From contig OZ251227.1 of NCBI GenBank assembly GCA_965240325.2, forward strand, positions 558,001-622,000: a DNA stretch of 64,000 bases. Direction: 5' to 3'. The notes under the pieces are model-generated. The model saw nothing but the letters and a program-made list of their open reading frames with translations, searched no databases and was not told where the DNA came from. The stretch comes from Rebecca billardiae RCC1528 (lineage: Eukaryota > Protista > Haptophyta). Of the stretch, positions 1 to 12,378 are shown one piece after another; within the stretch, counting starts at the first letter, position 1; every line of letters begins with the position of its first letter. Made by a program: the position numbers and the translations under genes.

Positions 1-302
1 ACTGGGGACGCTCGGCCGAAAAAGAGTTGCGTCATGGCGCGGAGCGCATGGGCGGCGCGCGCCAAATCCAACGCCGGCGCGGACATCGTGAGAGGACTCC
101 CGAGGGGGGTTTTCGCCCGATTTGCGATTGCTGCCCTCGTCGTCTCGCGTGCAGGTCGAACGGGGGCGAAATCGACGCGTTTGGAGCGGTACGCTCGGCG
201 CGTCGACACGATCGTGCGACCTGGGGCGGTCCTCGCCTGACTTGCACGTCGAGCGCTCGCACCGGCCATAGTAGCAAGCGCTGCGCATGACAGCCACCTC
301 GC

Positions 303-1031
303 GTGATCCACCGTCGCGCGTCGGGCTCGGTGCGAGAAAGCCCTCATCACGAGGCGTCTCGCGGGCGGGAAGCGCCATCGCACGCGACGCAAGATTTGGC
401 GCGGCCTTCTGAACTCGATCGCCGGAATCCGCGCACCGGACTGTCGCGTGCCACAACTTCTCAAGGAACGGGCGCATGCAAATCCGTTTGCGTACAAGAC
501 CCGGTAGCGATCATCTTTCGCGATCGCGGCCAAAGATCGCTCAACCCACGTCCGGCCTGCATTGCGTCGACGGTGGCCAATGCGACGGAGGCGCAGCGCA
601 AAGCGGCGTACGAGGCGCACCGCACGCACCTGCTGGGTCTGCCGCCGTGGCAGGAATCGCGTCTTCGCGAGTCGACGACTGAGGCGACAGCGCGATACAA
701 CCGTTCCAGGGCGCTCACTCGCAAAGAGATGCAACGTCGCGCGTGCAAGATCGCCGCGCCATCCTCCACCATGGCACGGGCGCTGCGGGACGAGGCCGAC
801 GTCGTGAAGCCAGTGGCACATGCGCTGCGCTTCATGTGCCTGCTCGAGCAGCTCGTGCCCACCCTCGATCGCGAGTGGCACACGCTCTCGCACTGCGCGC
901 GCGCGCACCACCGAGAGCTCCTGATACCGCCGAACGTGCGAGTGCCGGACCTGGCGCGCGGAGCGGCGAGCGCCGACGAGCGCGTGCCCGGTGCGGACAT
1001 TGGCATCCTGGCGACACACGATCTCAGCTAA
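303..1031 (+). CDS. Possible hypothetical protein (start uncertain)
   Basis: 242-aa ORF with a protein-like helical C-terminal half, followed by an AT/GA-rich stretch; no recognisable motif. Confidence 0.25.
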   Translation: MIHRRASGSVRESPHHEASRGREAPSHATQDLARPSELDRRNPRTGLSRATTSQGTGACKSVCVQDPVAIIFRDRGQRSLNPRPACIASTVANATEAQRKAAYEAHRTHLLGLPPWQESRLRESTTEATARYNRSRALTRKEMQRRACKIAAPSSTMARALRDEADVVKPVAHALRFMCLLEQLVPTLDREWHTLSHCARAHHRELLIPPNVRVPDLARGAASADERVPGADIGILATHDLS

Positions 1032-1570
1032 ATCAACATAGAGAGACAGAGAGACAGAGAGACAGAATTCGGTAGGATGCACTAACTTCCGGACGACCTG
1101 AACAAATGAATCATGACATCACACTCCGCCACAACTTGAACTGTTTTCGTGTTTAGCTCCAAGAACAAACCGTCACCGTCAGGCGTACATGAGCACGCCG
1201 CCGTCGCACGGCAATCAGTTGGCAGTGCGTGCGCGCAGTCGAAGGCTCGGCACGATGACGAGTAGCGCAGTGGGTGCACGAATACACGCGCAATCACACT
1301 GTCGGTGAGCTCGCACCAGAGTCATCTGTCGCGTTATTATTCGTCGTCAGTGCCGTCGGGTAGCTCACCATCATCTGTATGTCGCATTGTTATTATTCGT
1401 CATCCTGCCCGTCAATCCGCTAAAAGACGCGAACCCGCTGGGGAAATATTGCGACAGCACTGGCACGGCCCGCCGACCCCCCCGCCCGCCAGGGCAGAGT
1501 TTTTCATATTGCTAATAATGGTAATAGCTATGACGAATGAGATGATTAATGCCGGCGCCGGCGGGCCATA

Positions 1571-2203
1571 CAGGGGGGTCCAGGTGAAGTTTCCCACTTT
1601 TGAAGGGAAGCCATGGCGGGCGTGAATGCCCGTCCCAACGCGATCCAAGGCGCGTGTGGCACGTCCGGGACCGGGGGGCATGCCACACGCCGGTCGGCGT
1701 CGCCGTACGAGCGCGTGTGCGTGAGTGACAGCTTCCCTTCAGACTTTTCGACCACTCTCACGTCCACGTCCACGCCCCCGTACGACCGGCGCGCGAGTGA
1801 GGTTGCGCATGGGAAGGATGGGCAGGTAGCGGCCAGGATCACCGTTCTGACGGTCATACCGCCCTCTGGGGCATGCATTGCGAGGGTGCATGCCTGGCGA
1901 AGGTCCATCTGACCCTACAAGCCGTGGATCTGACGAGCAAGGTTGGCTGCGCGGTAGTCGTGCGACCCCCGTCCGACACGGCTGCCGTGCGAATACGTTT
2001 GGCGTGTGCGCGCCTGTCAACGGCAGGGTGATCAACGACCGGCATGGCTAGCAAGCTGATCAGGACTAGTAAGAACCTTGTCTGGGACCACGCCACGCCA
2101 TTTGGCGACCTCACCACCGCTCAATGCCCGTCCAGAGGCACGGCCGTGCCGCACTACCTGGCCAGCCACCGCCAAAGTGGGGCCCACCATCTGGACCCCC
2201 CTG
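1571..2203 (+). mobile_element. 633-bp MITE, Tc1/mariner-type, family A copy 1
   Basis: TIR CAGGGGGGTCCAG..CTGGACCCCCCTG, TA on both sides (1569-70, 2204-05); near-identical inverted copy at 23452-24084. Confidence 0.92.
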
Positions 2204-2576
2204 TACGGCTGAAGTAACTGTTGAAGAGCTCTATCTAGCTGTGACCCTCTTCATCTTGTCGTCGTATTTAAGACTGGCGGGTAGTGGGTACAATGTCTAT
2301 TCTGAATATATTTCGTCACGTCACAGCGGCAGGCACTCTAAGTAAGGACGGGCACTGCGATGCACTTAGCCTGCCTGGCGCCTCCAGGGCTCATGCCTCA
2401 TCGTCAGGCAGTTTGGCACTCGGGCGGTCATAAGCTCCGAGCATCTCCATCCGGCCCTCCGATTCCTGCCGACCTGGTGACTCTTGAGTGGGGCCCTCAA
2501 CCTGCTTCTAAGAGTCTTATGGCCTTCTACTACGGTCAATTCTGCCGCCAGTAGTAGTACGGTCCCGACTACTGTT

Positions 2577-2628
2577 ATCTCGCCTGCCTGAGCTCTCTGT
2601 GTGCGTCTCTTATTCTTAGTAAACTGTA
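2577..2628 (+). repeat. Dispersed ~50-bp repeat, copy 1 of 3
   Basis: CGCCTGCCTGAGCT(CTCT)GTGTGCGTCTCTTATTCTTAGTAAACTGTA, also at 29745-29792 (+) and 35911-35958 (-). Confidence 0.85.
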
Positions 2629-4732
2629 GTACGGCGGTTATAGCTGCGTCTCAGTACAGTTTACGACTATGTTAAATTAACGTAGTGCACACTTATTGGT
2701 TAAGGCGTGATTGACGCCATCCAAATGGCAACATAGAACATTGCACAAAGACACGGCCACAGTAGTACGCCGTTGCGGTCGCCGGGGACGGCCGTCATCT
2801 GTTTTCAAAATAAACAGGATTCGATCTTATTATAATTAATATATATATATATATATATAATATGGCCCGCGGTGCAGGGCGGAGCGCGCAGCGTGGAGCC
2901 CGCACTGCGGGCCCGAACCACGTTTCAAAAAGATCTTTGATCAAGAAAAAAGGGACGACGGGGGGCGATTTTTAGGGCTGGAGGAGACCGAGTTTCGAAT
3001 TTTGAGACCGCACAGAGGTATCCATTCGGCGACAAAAGGACGCGCCCACGATATTTCCTAAGTAAAGGGCGATCTGGACGTGAGCCGGACGTGACTTTAG
3101 CGCAACGGTTCGTTGTCGTCCCGGATCGCGTGACGTCCGGACTGGGCCACATCCGGATCGTCGGAGGTGACGTGCCCCGGCGCGATGGCGGATGCGCGGG
3201 ACCAACCCCTGGCTGCGAGCGCGCCTGCACGTGCCTCCGGACCCGCCTCCCGCTTGCTGCTCACGCAGTCAGCTGCGACCGTGGCGCATGATCGATCGAT
3301 CGCAGAAGCAGTGCGCCGGCAGTACGGCCTGCATCAGCTAGTGCCGCGCCCGTCGTGGCGCGCGCGGTAGTTGCGCGTTTGCAGCGCTCGCCGCTCGGCG
3401 ACGGCACGCGCGTGCGGCTCAGGTGTGTCAAATGCGGTCTCGTCGGCGCGCTTTCGCCTGCCACCTCGTGCACCCGTGCCGCCAGTTTCATCGTCTTCAT
3501 GAGGACTGCTGCTGCTATCGCCATCCGCTCTCCATCACCCCGAGTCGCGCGGCGCGCGGTAGGCAGGGCGTACGGTCCGACTCACCCGTGCAACGGGTCA
3601 AGTGGCCAGAGTACGTCTGGTCGTTGGCTGGCACGGGCCGCAGCGCTAATGCACCCTGCTGTCACACCCGACTCCTTCAGTACTCCGAGCTCCGCGGCAC
3701 GACTCACTCGGCACGATCGCGGACGGGTCGGATCCGAGCTGATCAGCCAGTTGGACATTTGGCAGCTAGTTGTCAGACGGACTACGTCCGATTTGACGAC
3801 CGGTGCCGGGTGCGGTCTCAGGTCCGCTGCTGTGATTATTGTGTGAAGTGTGAATGAGTCTCGCGGTCGCGCAGGCAGGGCGACGGTCGGACTAATAGCT
3901 TCAGTCATCTCAGAACCGCGACTTCAACTGGCGAACTGCCACTAGCTTACGGCGGAGAGCCGCGATTGCACGGCCACCGCGGGCCCCCAACTGCGTTGAT
4001 TCTATGCAGAAAAGGACCGCGGAACGCGGTCATATTAAATCATTTAAAGTCCGACACGAGTCCCGCGTCCGGAATCCGACGGTCAGACTGTCAGTGACAG
4101 TGTCAGTCATCGGAGAGTGCCGTCGGACTCGGAGTCGCGCAGGAATTGTCTAACTACCGCGCCGCTATTTATATAGTGCCAGGAGGCAGTCTATAATGAC
4201 CAGGCATCCGGTACCGACCGGTACGGCCTACGACGGGTATTCCGGTTCCCCGGGCCGCAGGCACACCGTATATACTAACTATGACGACTCTCAGCATCAC
4301 TACTATAATAAGCGGCAGTCCCGCCGGTCATCGACTAATAACGGCGGACTAATTAAATTACGATTTACGGCAGCGCGACAGACCGCGCGACTATAACTTA
4401 CTGAACTGAAACTCTCACGAGTCTCAGCGGTACGTTCGATCGTCATATAACGGACGGATGAAGATCGAGGACCCGGTCGGTTGAAGTCTGAGGCTGAATG
4501 GCGATACCGACATGCAGGGGTCGGCGTCGATTATTCGTCAGTCTGAATCAGGTCAGTGATCCCGTGATCCCGAACCCGATATGGCGGCAAGGGAGGTCCC
4601 GTCGCCGGACCCGGTCCGCACGCCGGAAAGCTCGCTGCAACCCGGCATCGAGCCGTCACGGTTCGCACGCGCGCAAGCCCGAGACAAGCGAGCCCGCAAT
4701 GCTGGCATGCGGCAGGCTCCCGGCGCGCTCGC

Positions 4733-5657
4733 TCACATGTCGGCCGGGTCGGACTCCTCGAAGGCAAACATGTCCTCCTCCTCCTCCGCCGAGCCATCTC
4801 CTCTCCGGTGCGAGTCAGTGGCGACGCCAAAGGAGGTGGAGATCCGTGTGCATGAGCATGTGAAGAAGAGCACCTTCTTCATCCGATGGTTGTAGAAGAA
4901 ATAGTTGAAAGACCAGCTGCGCGGACGTGCGGGAGGGCCGCGGGCCGCGCAGAGCAGCGCAGGGCAGGGCGTCAAGCCGCGCAGCACCCCGCCGCGGGCA
5001 GCCGAGCGCATCGCACATTTTGCCATCGGACAGCGGGTCACAGTCCATGTCCGGGATGTAGCTGAAGATGTCGCACTCCGAGGGCGAGATCTCCGACTCT
5101 ATTTGTTGCCAGAGCTGCTCGCAGAGATTTACGCTCGAGCCGAGTGAGGTGTCTGCCTCGGCGAGCGTTGTCATGATGGAGTTCTTGACCATGTGCATGT
5201 ATTCTGCACCCGTCTTCCATGTGAAGCTCTCTGCCTTCGCAGAAGAGAAGTCGTAGTCAGGATACGACGCGTTGAGCGTAGCGATCAGATGCACGAGCTT
5301 TTTGCGCGTCTGGTGATCGCCAAGATCGCCAAACGGTGAGGATGGCGACGTCCCGTTGTCGACGCTGTTCGACCGCGAGAGCGCGCTGTCTGCGTGCTGC
5401 TGTTCGAGGGTGCGGAATAGGCGCTTGTCATCGGCCGTCATCTTACCTGCGCGGGCATATGCGTGGGGCACCCCCGAGCCGGCGCAAAGTGCGCCACCGG
5501 TTCAAGCCCCTTGCCATCCGTGCTCAGGGAGGGCACGGGTGCGCGCGCGCGCACATGAGTACGCCTCGAGCTTGCCCGAGATCGCCTGATCCCCAAATTC
5601 GATCGAGTCCAGCAGACTGTTGATGTACTCGAGCGAAGGGGTCTCGATGAACTTCAT
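4733..5657 (-). CDS. MAF1: Repressor of RNA polymerase III transcription Maf1 (exons 5657-5555, 5446-5017, 4916-4733)
   Basis: Spliced product MKFIE..GKLEAYSCK, LIATLNASYPDYDFS, GKIWSFNYFFYN..KKVLFF and an acidic tail; GT-AG introns restore frame. Confidence 0.93.
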
Positions 5658-5935
5658 TCGCAGGGGCGCGGGAGCGGCGGCCGGCGCCTTTCAATGGATG
5701 GGCAGCCCGGTGGCCCCCATTTTGGACTGTGGATGGCCGTCCTCCGGCTGCCCCCTTGCCGAAAGAGTCCGGGTCGGCCGCGCCCGGTTTATTTTCATCG
5801 TCGGGAAAAGATTGATTTCGCCGCCCCCAGGCCACCTGAATGCAAGTAATTCGGCGGCGCGTAGTTTGGGCCATGGCGGGCTCGCACTCGCCCAGCGCGT
5901 GTGGGGTCAGCCTCACGAGCGCAGCAGGCGAGTGG

Positions 5936-7405
5936 ATGGAAATGGAGGAACGACTTGTCGATGACCGCGCCATTCTGCTGCCACCCACACCCGTTCGGCA
6001 CGCCTTTGCGGGCGGAGATGTGCATGCGCCCAGCAACGGTGCAGCGCACTCGCCAGGGGGCAAGGCGCAAGGCGCACCTGCCCCAGCTGGCGGCCCAATA
6101 TCGCTTCAGATTAGGGAGGTCGCGACTCCCTCAGCGGGCGACGGCTTTGGGCGCGATCTGCCCTCCCCACCGCAACGAAGTGAGCCCACGCCGCCCGCAC
6201 CGGCCGGAGCGACTGCAGGCGTGCTCACGCGCACCTGTTCGGCACTCCAACCCATGTTCCTGCTGCTCATGGGCTGCGGGCTCGCCACGTACGTCTTCGT
6301 GCACGGGACCTTGCGCAACGCAGCGCACGTGGACCCCGGCCAACCCTCGACCTCGCAGCCTGGGGGCCAAGGGGGAGCGAGCGCACAGTCCCCATCGCCT
6401 CCGGCGTTCATCCCGCCGCCCGGCCCGCCACATGCATGGGCCCTCGACCCGCCAAGCTGTGGCTTCAAGGATTTTGTCGGGCTGATGGCGTGCCGCCACG
6501 GGTACAACGACGAGTGCTGCGCCGGCTACATCCCCTTCCTCGAACACCAGTGCGTGTGCGCCTTCGACACGTGGCCAAAGACGTGGATTCCTGCGGACGC
6601 ATCCCCAGGCGGGTGGATGGCCAATCTCATGAAGTGCAATCACGACTTCTTCGAGATCGCCAACTTCTCCAAATGCCTCGACCAGGTGGGTGGCAGTGGC
6701 CGCGCGCAGCGCCGCTCGCTGCTACTCCCGCCCTGCGCGCCCTCCACCCAGCTGACCGCGGCCCCGCGCCGGTGGCGGTGCGCGCACACCTCGGCCCTCC
6801 GCCGCGCGTTGCAGACGGACGGATGCAACCCGCCGCGCGATGGCGATCTACGGTTGACAACGTACCACCGCGGCGAGCTGCGCGTGTTTCGTGATGGCTC
6901 GTGGGGCGCCGTCTGCGCGAAGGGCTTCAGCTTGGAGGCGGCGCACACCATCTGCCGCCAAATAGGCTACGTGAGTGTCCGGCGCGCCGCGCGCCAGCCC
7001 CGCACTGCAAACGCCCCCGCGTGACGCGCCTGCGCCCACACGCCCGACCCGTGCATGTGATTCTGGGCGCAGGCTCGTGCGGAGCGCTTCTACACGTACA
7101 CGGCCTCCGTAAAGACCACACTCGCGGTCAGCAGCTCGCGCTGCACGGGCAACGAAACGAACTTCGCGGCGTGCGCGACGCTCAACCCGCACATTCATGA
7201 GTTGCCAGACGGGTGCGCGCGCGAGGATGGCGTGATCGGCATCTCGTGCGGCCCCTTTGCGCACGCGGGGCCGGAGGTGTGCTACACTGATCAAGATGGG
7301 GCTCGGCAGTGCTGGAACCCTCGAGGCTACGGCACAGGGTCTACCATGGCATGCGGTACTGCTGGTCGAAGGCAACTGCACGACTGGCGGTGGGCATTGA
7401 GGTAG
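5936..7405 (+). CDS. Membrane-anchored SRCR (scavenger receptor cysteine-rich) domain protein, spliced
   Basis: TM segment MFLLLMGCGLATYVFV; DGDLRL..GELRVFRDGSWGAVCAKGFSLEAAHTICRQIGY; later C-x-G-N-E..C motif; introns near 6685-6813 and 6971-7071. Confidence 0.75.
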
Positions 7406-7754
7406 TCGTCGTGATGACGGCCCGGCGTGGCTCGGTATGCGGGGCCCCCGTTTTGGCGGTCTTCAATCTTCATCACTCAATGTCTCAATCAGGCACTGTC
7501 AACGTGACATAACTCAAAATCATAGGCTAGCGTCGTGCAGTCAGTACAGCATATACAGTGGAGTAGTGACAAGTGAGGATGCATAGAGTATACAATATTT
7601 TATCGGCCTATCGCCATGATCATTGGCGCGGTTCACCAGTAGACTCGTCATCACCGGTCACGCGGTTCTGACGAGCCGGCAAGCCGGCCGAGCCGCGCCG
7701 CCGCGGCGACGGGCACGGCCCGGTGGTCGACTGCAAAGGTAGCACCTGGCAGTA

Positions 7755-8915
7755 TCAAATGACGGGCCAGTTTTGCATGAGTGCGAGCTCATTCCTCGGG
7801 GGCAGCGCACACTGTGCGCCGCATCGCGCGTGGCTGCTCGACTTGCAATAGCACACGAGTGGCACCTCAATGATCGCCGCTTTCCCCAGCAGCGCCACCA
7901 CACTCCACGTGAACGTCTTGTCAACCCCACCGTGCTTGTCCGCCCACACCACCTTGTGCAGCACACGCTTGCGGATGGCGAGGTTGCCCGTGTGGATCCC
8001 GCCGGAGGTGGTCGGCTCGAGCGGCTGGTAGATGGGCATCTTTGTCATGCGCCGCGGCGCGAGTAGCCGCGGCTCTCGCCGGTCGATCATGCGCTTTGAA
8101 AGTCGCGCAGAGTATTTCTCGCGGCAGTAGGTCTCGAACGCGCGCTCCGTCTCTGCTGGCGGAATCACTCGGGCGTGTTCCACCTCGGCGGGGGTCCATG
8201 GCGCAAAGTCAGTTCGGTTCGGCGTGAGCGTGTGGTGCAGCATGAGCACGTCCGCCATACGCGCGAAGAAGTGCGCGATCACGCTCACGCGCTGCGGGTG
8301 TGGCAGGTCATCGGCGTCACCATACACAATCAGGTCAATATCGTCTGCGGCCAGCCACGCAGCAAGGTTGCGATTCGCACCCGACGTCCGCGGGCGCGAC
8401 TGCTCGACGAGCACAAAACGTCGGAATACGGCGCTGTACTGCGCGCGGAACTCATCCTTTCGCCTTGATGACAGCTCCGCGCCCGCTGTGCGCGAGCCGC
8501 CCGCGCCCGCTGTGCGCGAGCCGCTGACAGAGACAATCACCTCGTCCGGGAGCACCGGCGCCGCTGCATATGCAAGCAGCGTGTTGTTCAGGTGGCGCTT
8601 AAAGTGAGAGATCGTGCACGGGACAATGAGCGCAGTCGTAAGCCCGGATGGGTGTGGACGCGGATTTGTCGTACTGAGCTTGTGGAGGAGGACCCCTGAC
8701 TTCTTGGGCCCGGGCGAAGGCATCGCGTACCCAGGGGTGTACGGCCGTCGTTTTGGCCGCCGCAGCGGCCAGAGCTGCTTGAGACCCCAGAAGATCTTAC
8801 CGGCGATGGTCTCCGGCTTGGGCTCCGGCCCGGGCGGCCCGCTGCTGCCGGTCCCGCTGACGAGTGACATCACCATCACACCCAGCACCAACTGTCGGAC
8901 GCACGGCGCCGCCAT
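7755..8915 (-). CDS. GT-A fold glycosyltransferase (GT2-like) with N-terminal signal/TM
   Basis: ALIVPC, PDEVIVSVSG, GANRNLAA, IVYGDADD (DxD) motifs. Confidence 0.7.
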   Translation of the reverse strand: MAAPCVRQLVLGVMVMSLVSGTGSSGPPGPEPKPETIAGKIFWGLKQLWPLRRPKRRPYTPGYAMPSPGPKKSGVLLHKLSTTNPRPHPSGLTTALIVPCTISHFKRHLNNTLLAYAAAPVLPDEVIVSVSGSRTAGAGGSRTAGAELSSRRKDEFRAQYSAVFRRFVLVEQSRPRTSGANRNLAAWLAADDIDLIVYGDADDLPHPQRVSVIAHFFARMADVLMLHHTLTPNRTDFAPWTPAEVEHARVIPPAETERAFETYCREKYSARLSKRMIDRREPRLLAPRRMTKMPIYQPLEPTTSGGIHTGNLAIRKRVLHKVVWADKHGGVDKTFTWSVVALLGKAAIIEVPLVCYCKSSSHARCGAQCALPPRNELALMQNWPVI

Positions 8916-9634
8916 CGTTGTGCTGGGAGGAGCGCGAGCAAGAATCAAATATCGGAATAAAATCTGACGAGCAAAAAGATCGCGATCTCGGGGCATCTGC
9001 CATCTGGCTCGTGGATTGAGGCAAGGGCCCTTGATTGAGGCATCGTCTGCATGCACAGGTGCGGTGTTACGACGCGGAGTGTTACACGCAGGAAGTCTAC
9101 GACGACCACTATCGGAGTATCCCTCTCCTAAGGAGTCAGGCTAGGACTTGATGAGACTAGTTATCAACGCACTTCAACCGTGACGACGCGCGACGACACG
9201 TGCCGCCTCAGACGGCGTCACGGCGCTGCCGCCGCCGCCCGCCGGGATCACTTACAATTTACATCTGACTGGCTTTATCTTATAATAATAAAGAATGGAA
9301 GCCTATGGAGGCAGCGCGTCGTCGGGCGCGCCATGGGCGCCGGCGGTGGTTCGACGGCGCCGCTGCCGCCCACCGTCCGCGCAGCGCCGGCCGCCGCGGC
9401 GACTCGCGTCTCACCGGCGATTCATGGGCCCAAACTGCAAGTGCAGTCAATGACGGGCCCGGACTCCGCAGGCCCGTAGCGGCGAACTCCGAAGCCCTGC
9501 ACCGGTCGGGCGACGCGGTCCTCTCGGTCGAGTGTCGTCCGCTGTCGAGTGGCGGAGCCACTCCCATCCCTCAGGCGCGCCACTGCCGGCCGACTGGCGG
9601 CGCTGTCCCGGCAGCAGCAGGCTGAGCCAGCGGC

Positions 9635-11199
9635 TCATGTGAGCCTCGCACTCACCTCGACAGCAGGCGGCGGGCCGAAGCATTGGAGCCGCCTCCGCGC
9701 AGAATCGTACAGCAAGAACTGGACAGACGTCATGGAGGAGATCATGGCCAGCCGCGGGCCGAGCCCCGAGTAGCATTCCTTCAGGCCGATGGAGTACAAG
9801 TACTGGAGCTGGGCCCGCCAGCCTTTCGCGATCACGCACTGCGACAGGGTCGAGACGGACGCAGAGCCACACATGCGTGTCAGCAGCACGTCCGCGGGCT
9901 GCGACGAGATCGCCGCCGCCGCGCCGGCCATCAGGCCAGCTCCAAGGGCGATGGCCGCGGCGGGGGGGCTGCGGACGAGCGCAGCGTCGTCACCGACCGC
10001 GTGTCGGCGCGCGCGCGCCGTGGCCATCGCGCGCGCCACCGAGCTGAGCAGCAGCGCCGAGAAGACCTCATACGACACGAGCTTGACGACCGTGTACGGC
10101 ACCTGGCGCATGGCGATCGGGCTGAGGCCCTTGTACAGCGCGCCCGCGCCCTCGTGCCGCAGGATGTGCGCGAGGGTGGCGCCCATGCCACGCGCCGCCG
10201 CCACGCTGTCCGTCTGCACGCGCAGTTTGATCACCTGCCGAGCGCGCGAGCGCAGCAGCGCGTGCGGGTGGTGCACGCGCGCGGCACGGCCGTGGCGAGC
10301 GCCGGGATCAGAGCGCGCACTGTCCGCAGCCTCGCGAGTGCCCGCCGCGTGCCCGAGAGGGCGCGCAGCACGACATGCGCCAGCAACGGGGGTGGGCGTG
10401 GCAGGACCTGGCATCGCGGCCGCCGCCGCCGCGCGAGCGGGCTGCCGCTCTTCGGCACGCGCGTGCGCGGCGGGGGGCGGGGGCTCACCTCCAGCGGGCA
10501 GAGAAGGCCCGTGGCGATGAATTCTGCAGCGGCGGCCGAGACGCACATCACCGGCAGCCGCAGCTTGGCGCACAGGCGCTCGCCGTCGGGGAGCGCGCGC
10601 ATGCGCGTGAACGTCGCGTGCTTCAGCGCCTCGTAGCCTCCTGTGTCGCGTCGGGCAGGTGCAGTGGAGCGTGCGCGCGCGCGCGCACACGATCTGCGCG
10701 TGAGCAGCTTGCCTGGTTGGGCGCGGCGCGATGCGACCATCGGCGCAGCAGCGCGCGCACCGAACTTGGCCGCGCCCTGGAGGAAGTAGCCAGTAGCTGT
10801 GGCACTCAAGCCGTTGAAGAACGCAAGAAGCCTTATAGGGCCGCGCCCCTTCGCCGACGCGAGCACAGCGCCTGCTGCTTCGCTCAGGCCCTTCACGTTG
10901 GCGTCCGTTTGCATGCGCGTCTTCATGACGTCGAGCGGCACGACGAGCGAGTGTGTCGCGCTGCACGAGATAGCGCCAGCGAGACTGACCCGAGCAAAGA
11001 AGGGTACGAGCCCCGACATGAGACGTCGTCCACCTCTTTCCGCGCCATCCCCGCGAGGCGCGCTCGCAAACGCTGCGCTCGGGGTTGAGAGCTTTCGCAC
11101 TCGGCCGCGTCGATGTTCCAGGCTGGACAGCCGGCATGCGGCCGGACCGACGAACAGAAGAGCCAAGAGAGCCACGCGCAGCCGGCACGGGTGACCCAT
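9635..11199 (-). CDS. Mitochondrial carrier family phosphate carrier (SLC25A3/Mir1-like), spliced, with N-terminal extension
   Basis: CSATHSLVVPLDVMKTRMQ, GYFLQGAAKFG/GYE, EFIA..LCPLEV/IKLRVQT, LYKGL.P..RQVPYT..K, SQPADVLL; three carrier repeats across two introns. Confidence 0.85.
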
Positions 11200-11472
11200 C
11201 CCGAACACCCGGCACGCAACTCCTCGCCGCCGCCGCGCCGTCGTCGGCTTCGCCCGAGGCGACCGCGCCCAATTGACGCACTGGCCGCGCGCGCACGCGC
11301 TGTTGTCGAGTATGTCGTCGCTGATGTAATCGGACGCGCGTAAGTAATAATACGAACCTAGGCTGCGGCTAAAGTGCCAATAAACTTTGCCCGCCTGATT
11401 TACCCGCAGCGGGCGGGCCGCCGCCAAGCGGAACTGCGGAAGGGCCAACACGTCCCGGCGCGCCTGCCCAGC

Positions 11473-12378
11473 ATGACCCAGCTCGTCCATCCCTACACTC
11501 TGCCCGCGGCGACGGCGGTGGCGGCCGTGGCGACGATATCGGCCTGCGGGATCGTGACTAAGGCGCGCGGCGACCTGCCCGATTGGCTCGTCGCGCCACA
11601 GATCTCGCTGGTCGGATGTACCGGGCCGCAGCGCATCATCTTCCAGGTCGGCCTAGGCCTCACCGCTTCACTGCTCGCGCTTAACATCGCCACGTACGTG
11701 CGCGCCGCCCTTCCGCGCTTCGAGCAGCGGCTGCGCTGGGAGGTGAAAGCAGCGGCTGGGCTCGCGTTCGCTGGCGCGCTCGGCCTGGCCATCCTCGGCA
11801 TCATCCCGCTCCAGCGCGATTGCGTGGCGCTCCTCGAGGGGCGTGCACCGGTACGGCTCGACTCAATGGTGCACCAGGCGGGCGCCTCGCTCTTCTTCCT
11901 GGCGTCGTGGTTTCATGGCATCGTCTCCGCCCACGCATACGGTCGCTCGCTCGCAGGCCGCGTCCACGAGCCAGCCATTGTCTTTGTGCGCCGCGTGCGG
12001 CTGGGGCTGGTTGCGCTTCCGATCGTCGGCCTCGCGGCGCTCATCCCCGCAGTAATGCTTGTGCCCGACAGCCATGCGCGCATGCAAATGGGCGCGGGTC
12101 ACCAGTGGCTCTCGGTGGCCGCGATGATCGGGCTTTACCTCACTTACGCCGTAGACATCGAGGTGTTCACCCGCCAAGCTCCAGGCAGCGATGATGCAGG
12201 CAGTGCTTCCGCAGACAGCGCGCCCAGCCGGGGCGCGGAGAGCACAGCTGATCCCGGCGACTCTGCGCTGAAGGGGGCGCTGCTCGCGGCCCCGCCAGCG
12301 GCCTCGAAGCGGGAGCGAAAGCGCACCGGCGACGAGCAGCGCACGTCGACTGAGCTGCAGTCCCTCGGCGCGGAGTGA
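11473..12378 (+). CDS. Frag1/DRAM/Sfk1-family multi-pass membrane protein
   Basis: About 6 TM helices; PQISLVG..PQRIIF and VHQAGASLFF motifs. Confidence 0.65.
   Translation: MTQLVHPYTLPAATAVAAVATISACGIVTKARGDLPDWLVAPQISLVGCTGPQRIIFQVGLGLTASLLALNIATYVRAALPRFEQRLRWEVKAAAGLAFAGALGLAILGIIPLQRDCVALLEGRAPVRLDSMVHQAGASLFFLASWFHGIVSAHAYGRSLAGRVHEPAIVFVRRVRLGLVALPIVGLAALIPAVMLVPDSHARMQMGAGHQWLSVAAMIGLYLTYAVDIEVFTRQAPGSDDAGSASADSAPSRGAESTADPGDSALKGALLAAPPAASKRERKRTGDEQRTSTELQSLGAE

Noticed and set aside
2044-2110. LVWDHATP in MITE A as a transposase DDE remnant
   Set aside because: Single weak motif with no other transposase similarity
2864-3985. Possible TIR element (11-bp inverted match, hairpin after a TA run)
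   Set aside because: No TSD and no second copy; such a match is expected by chance at this GC content
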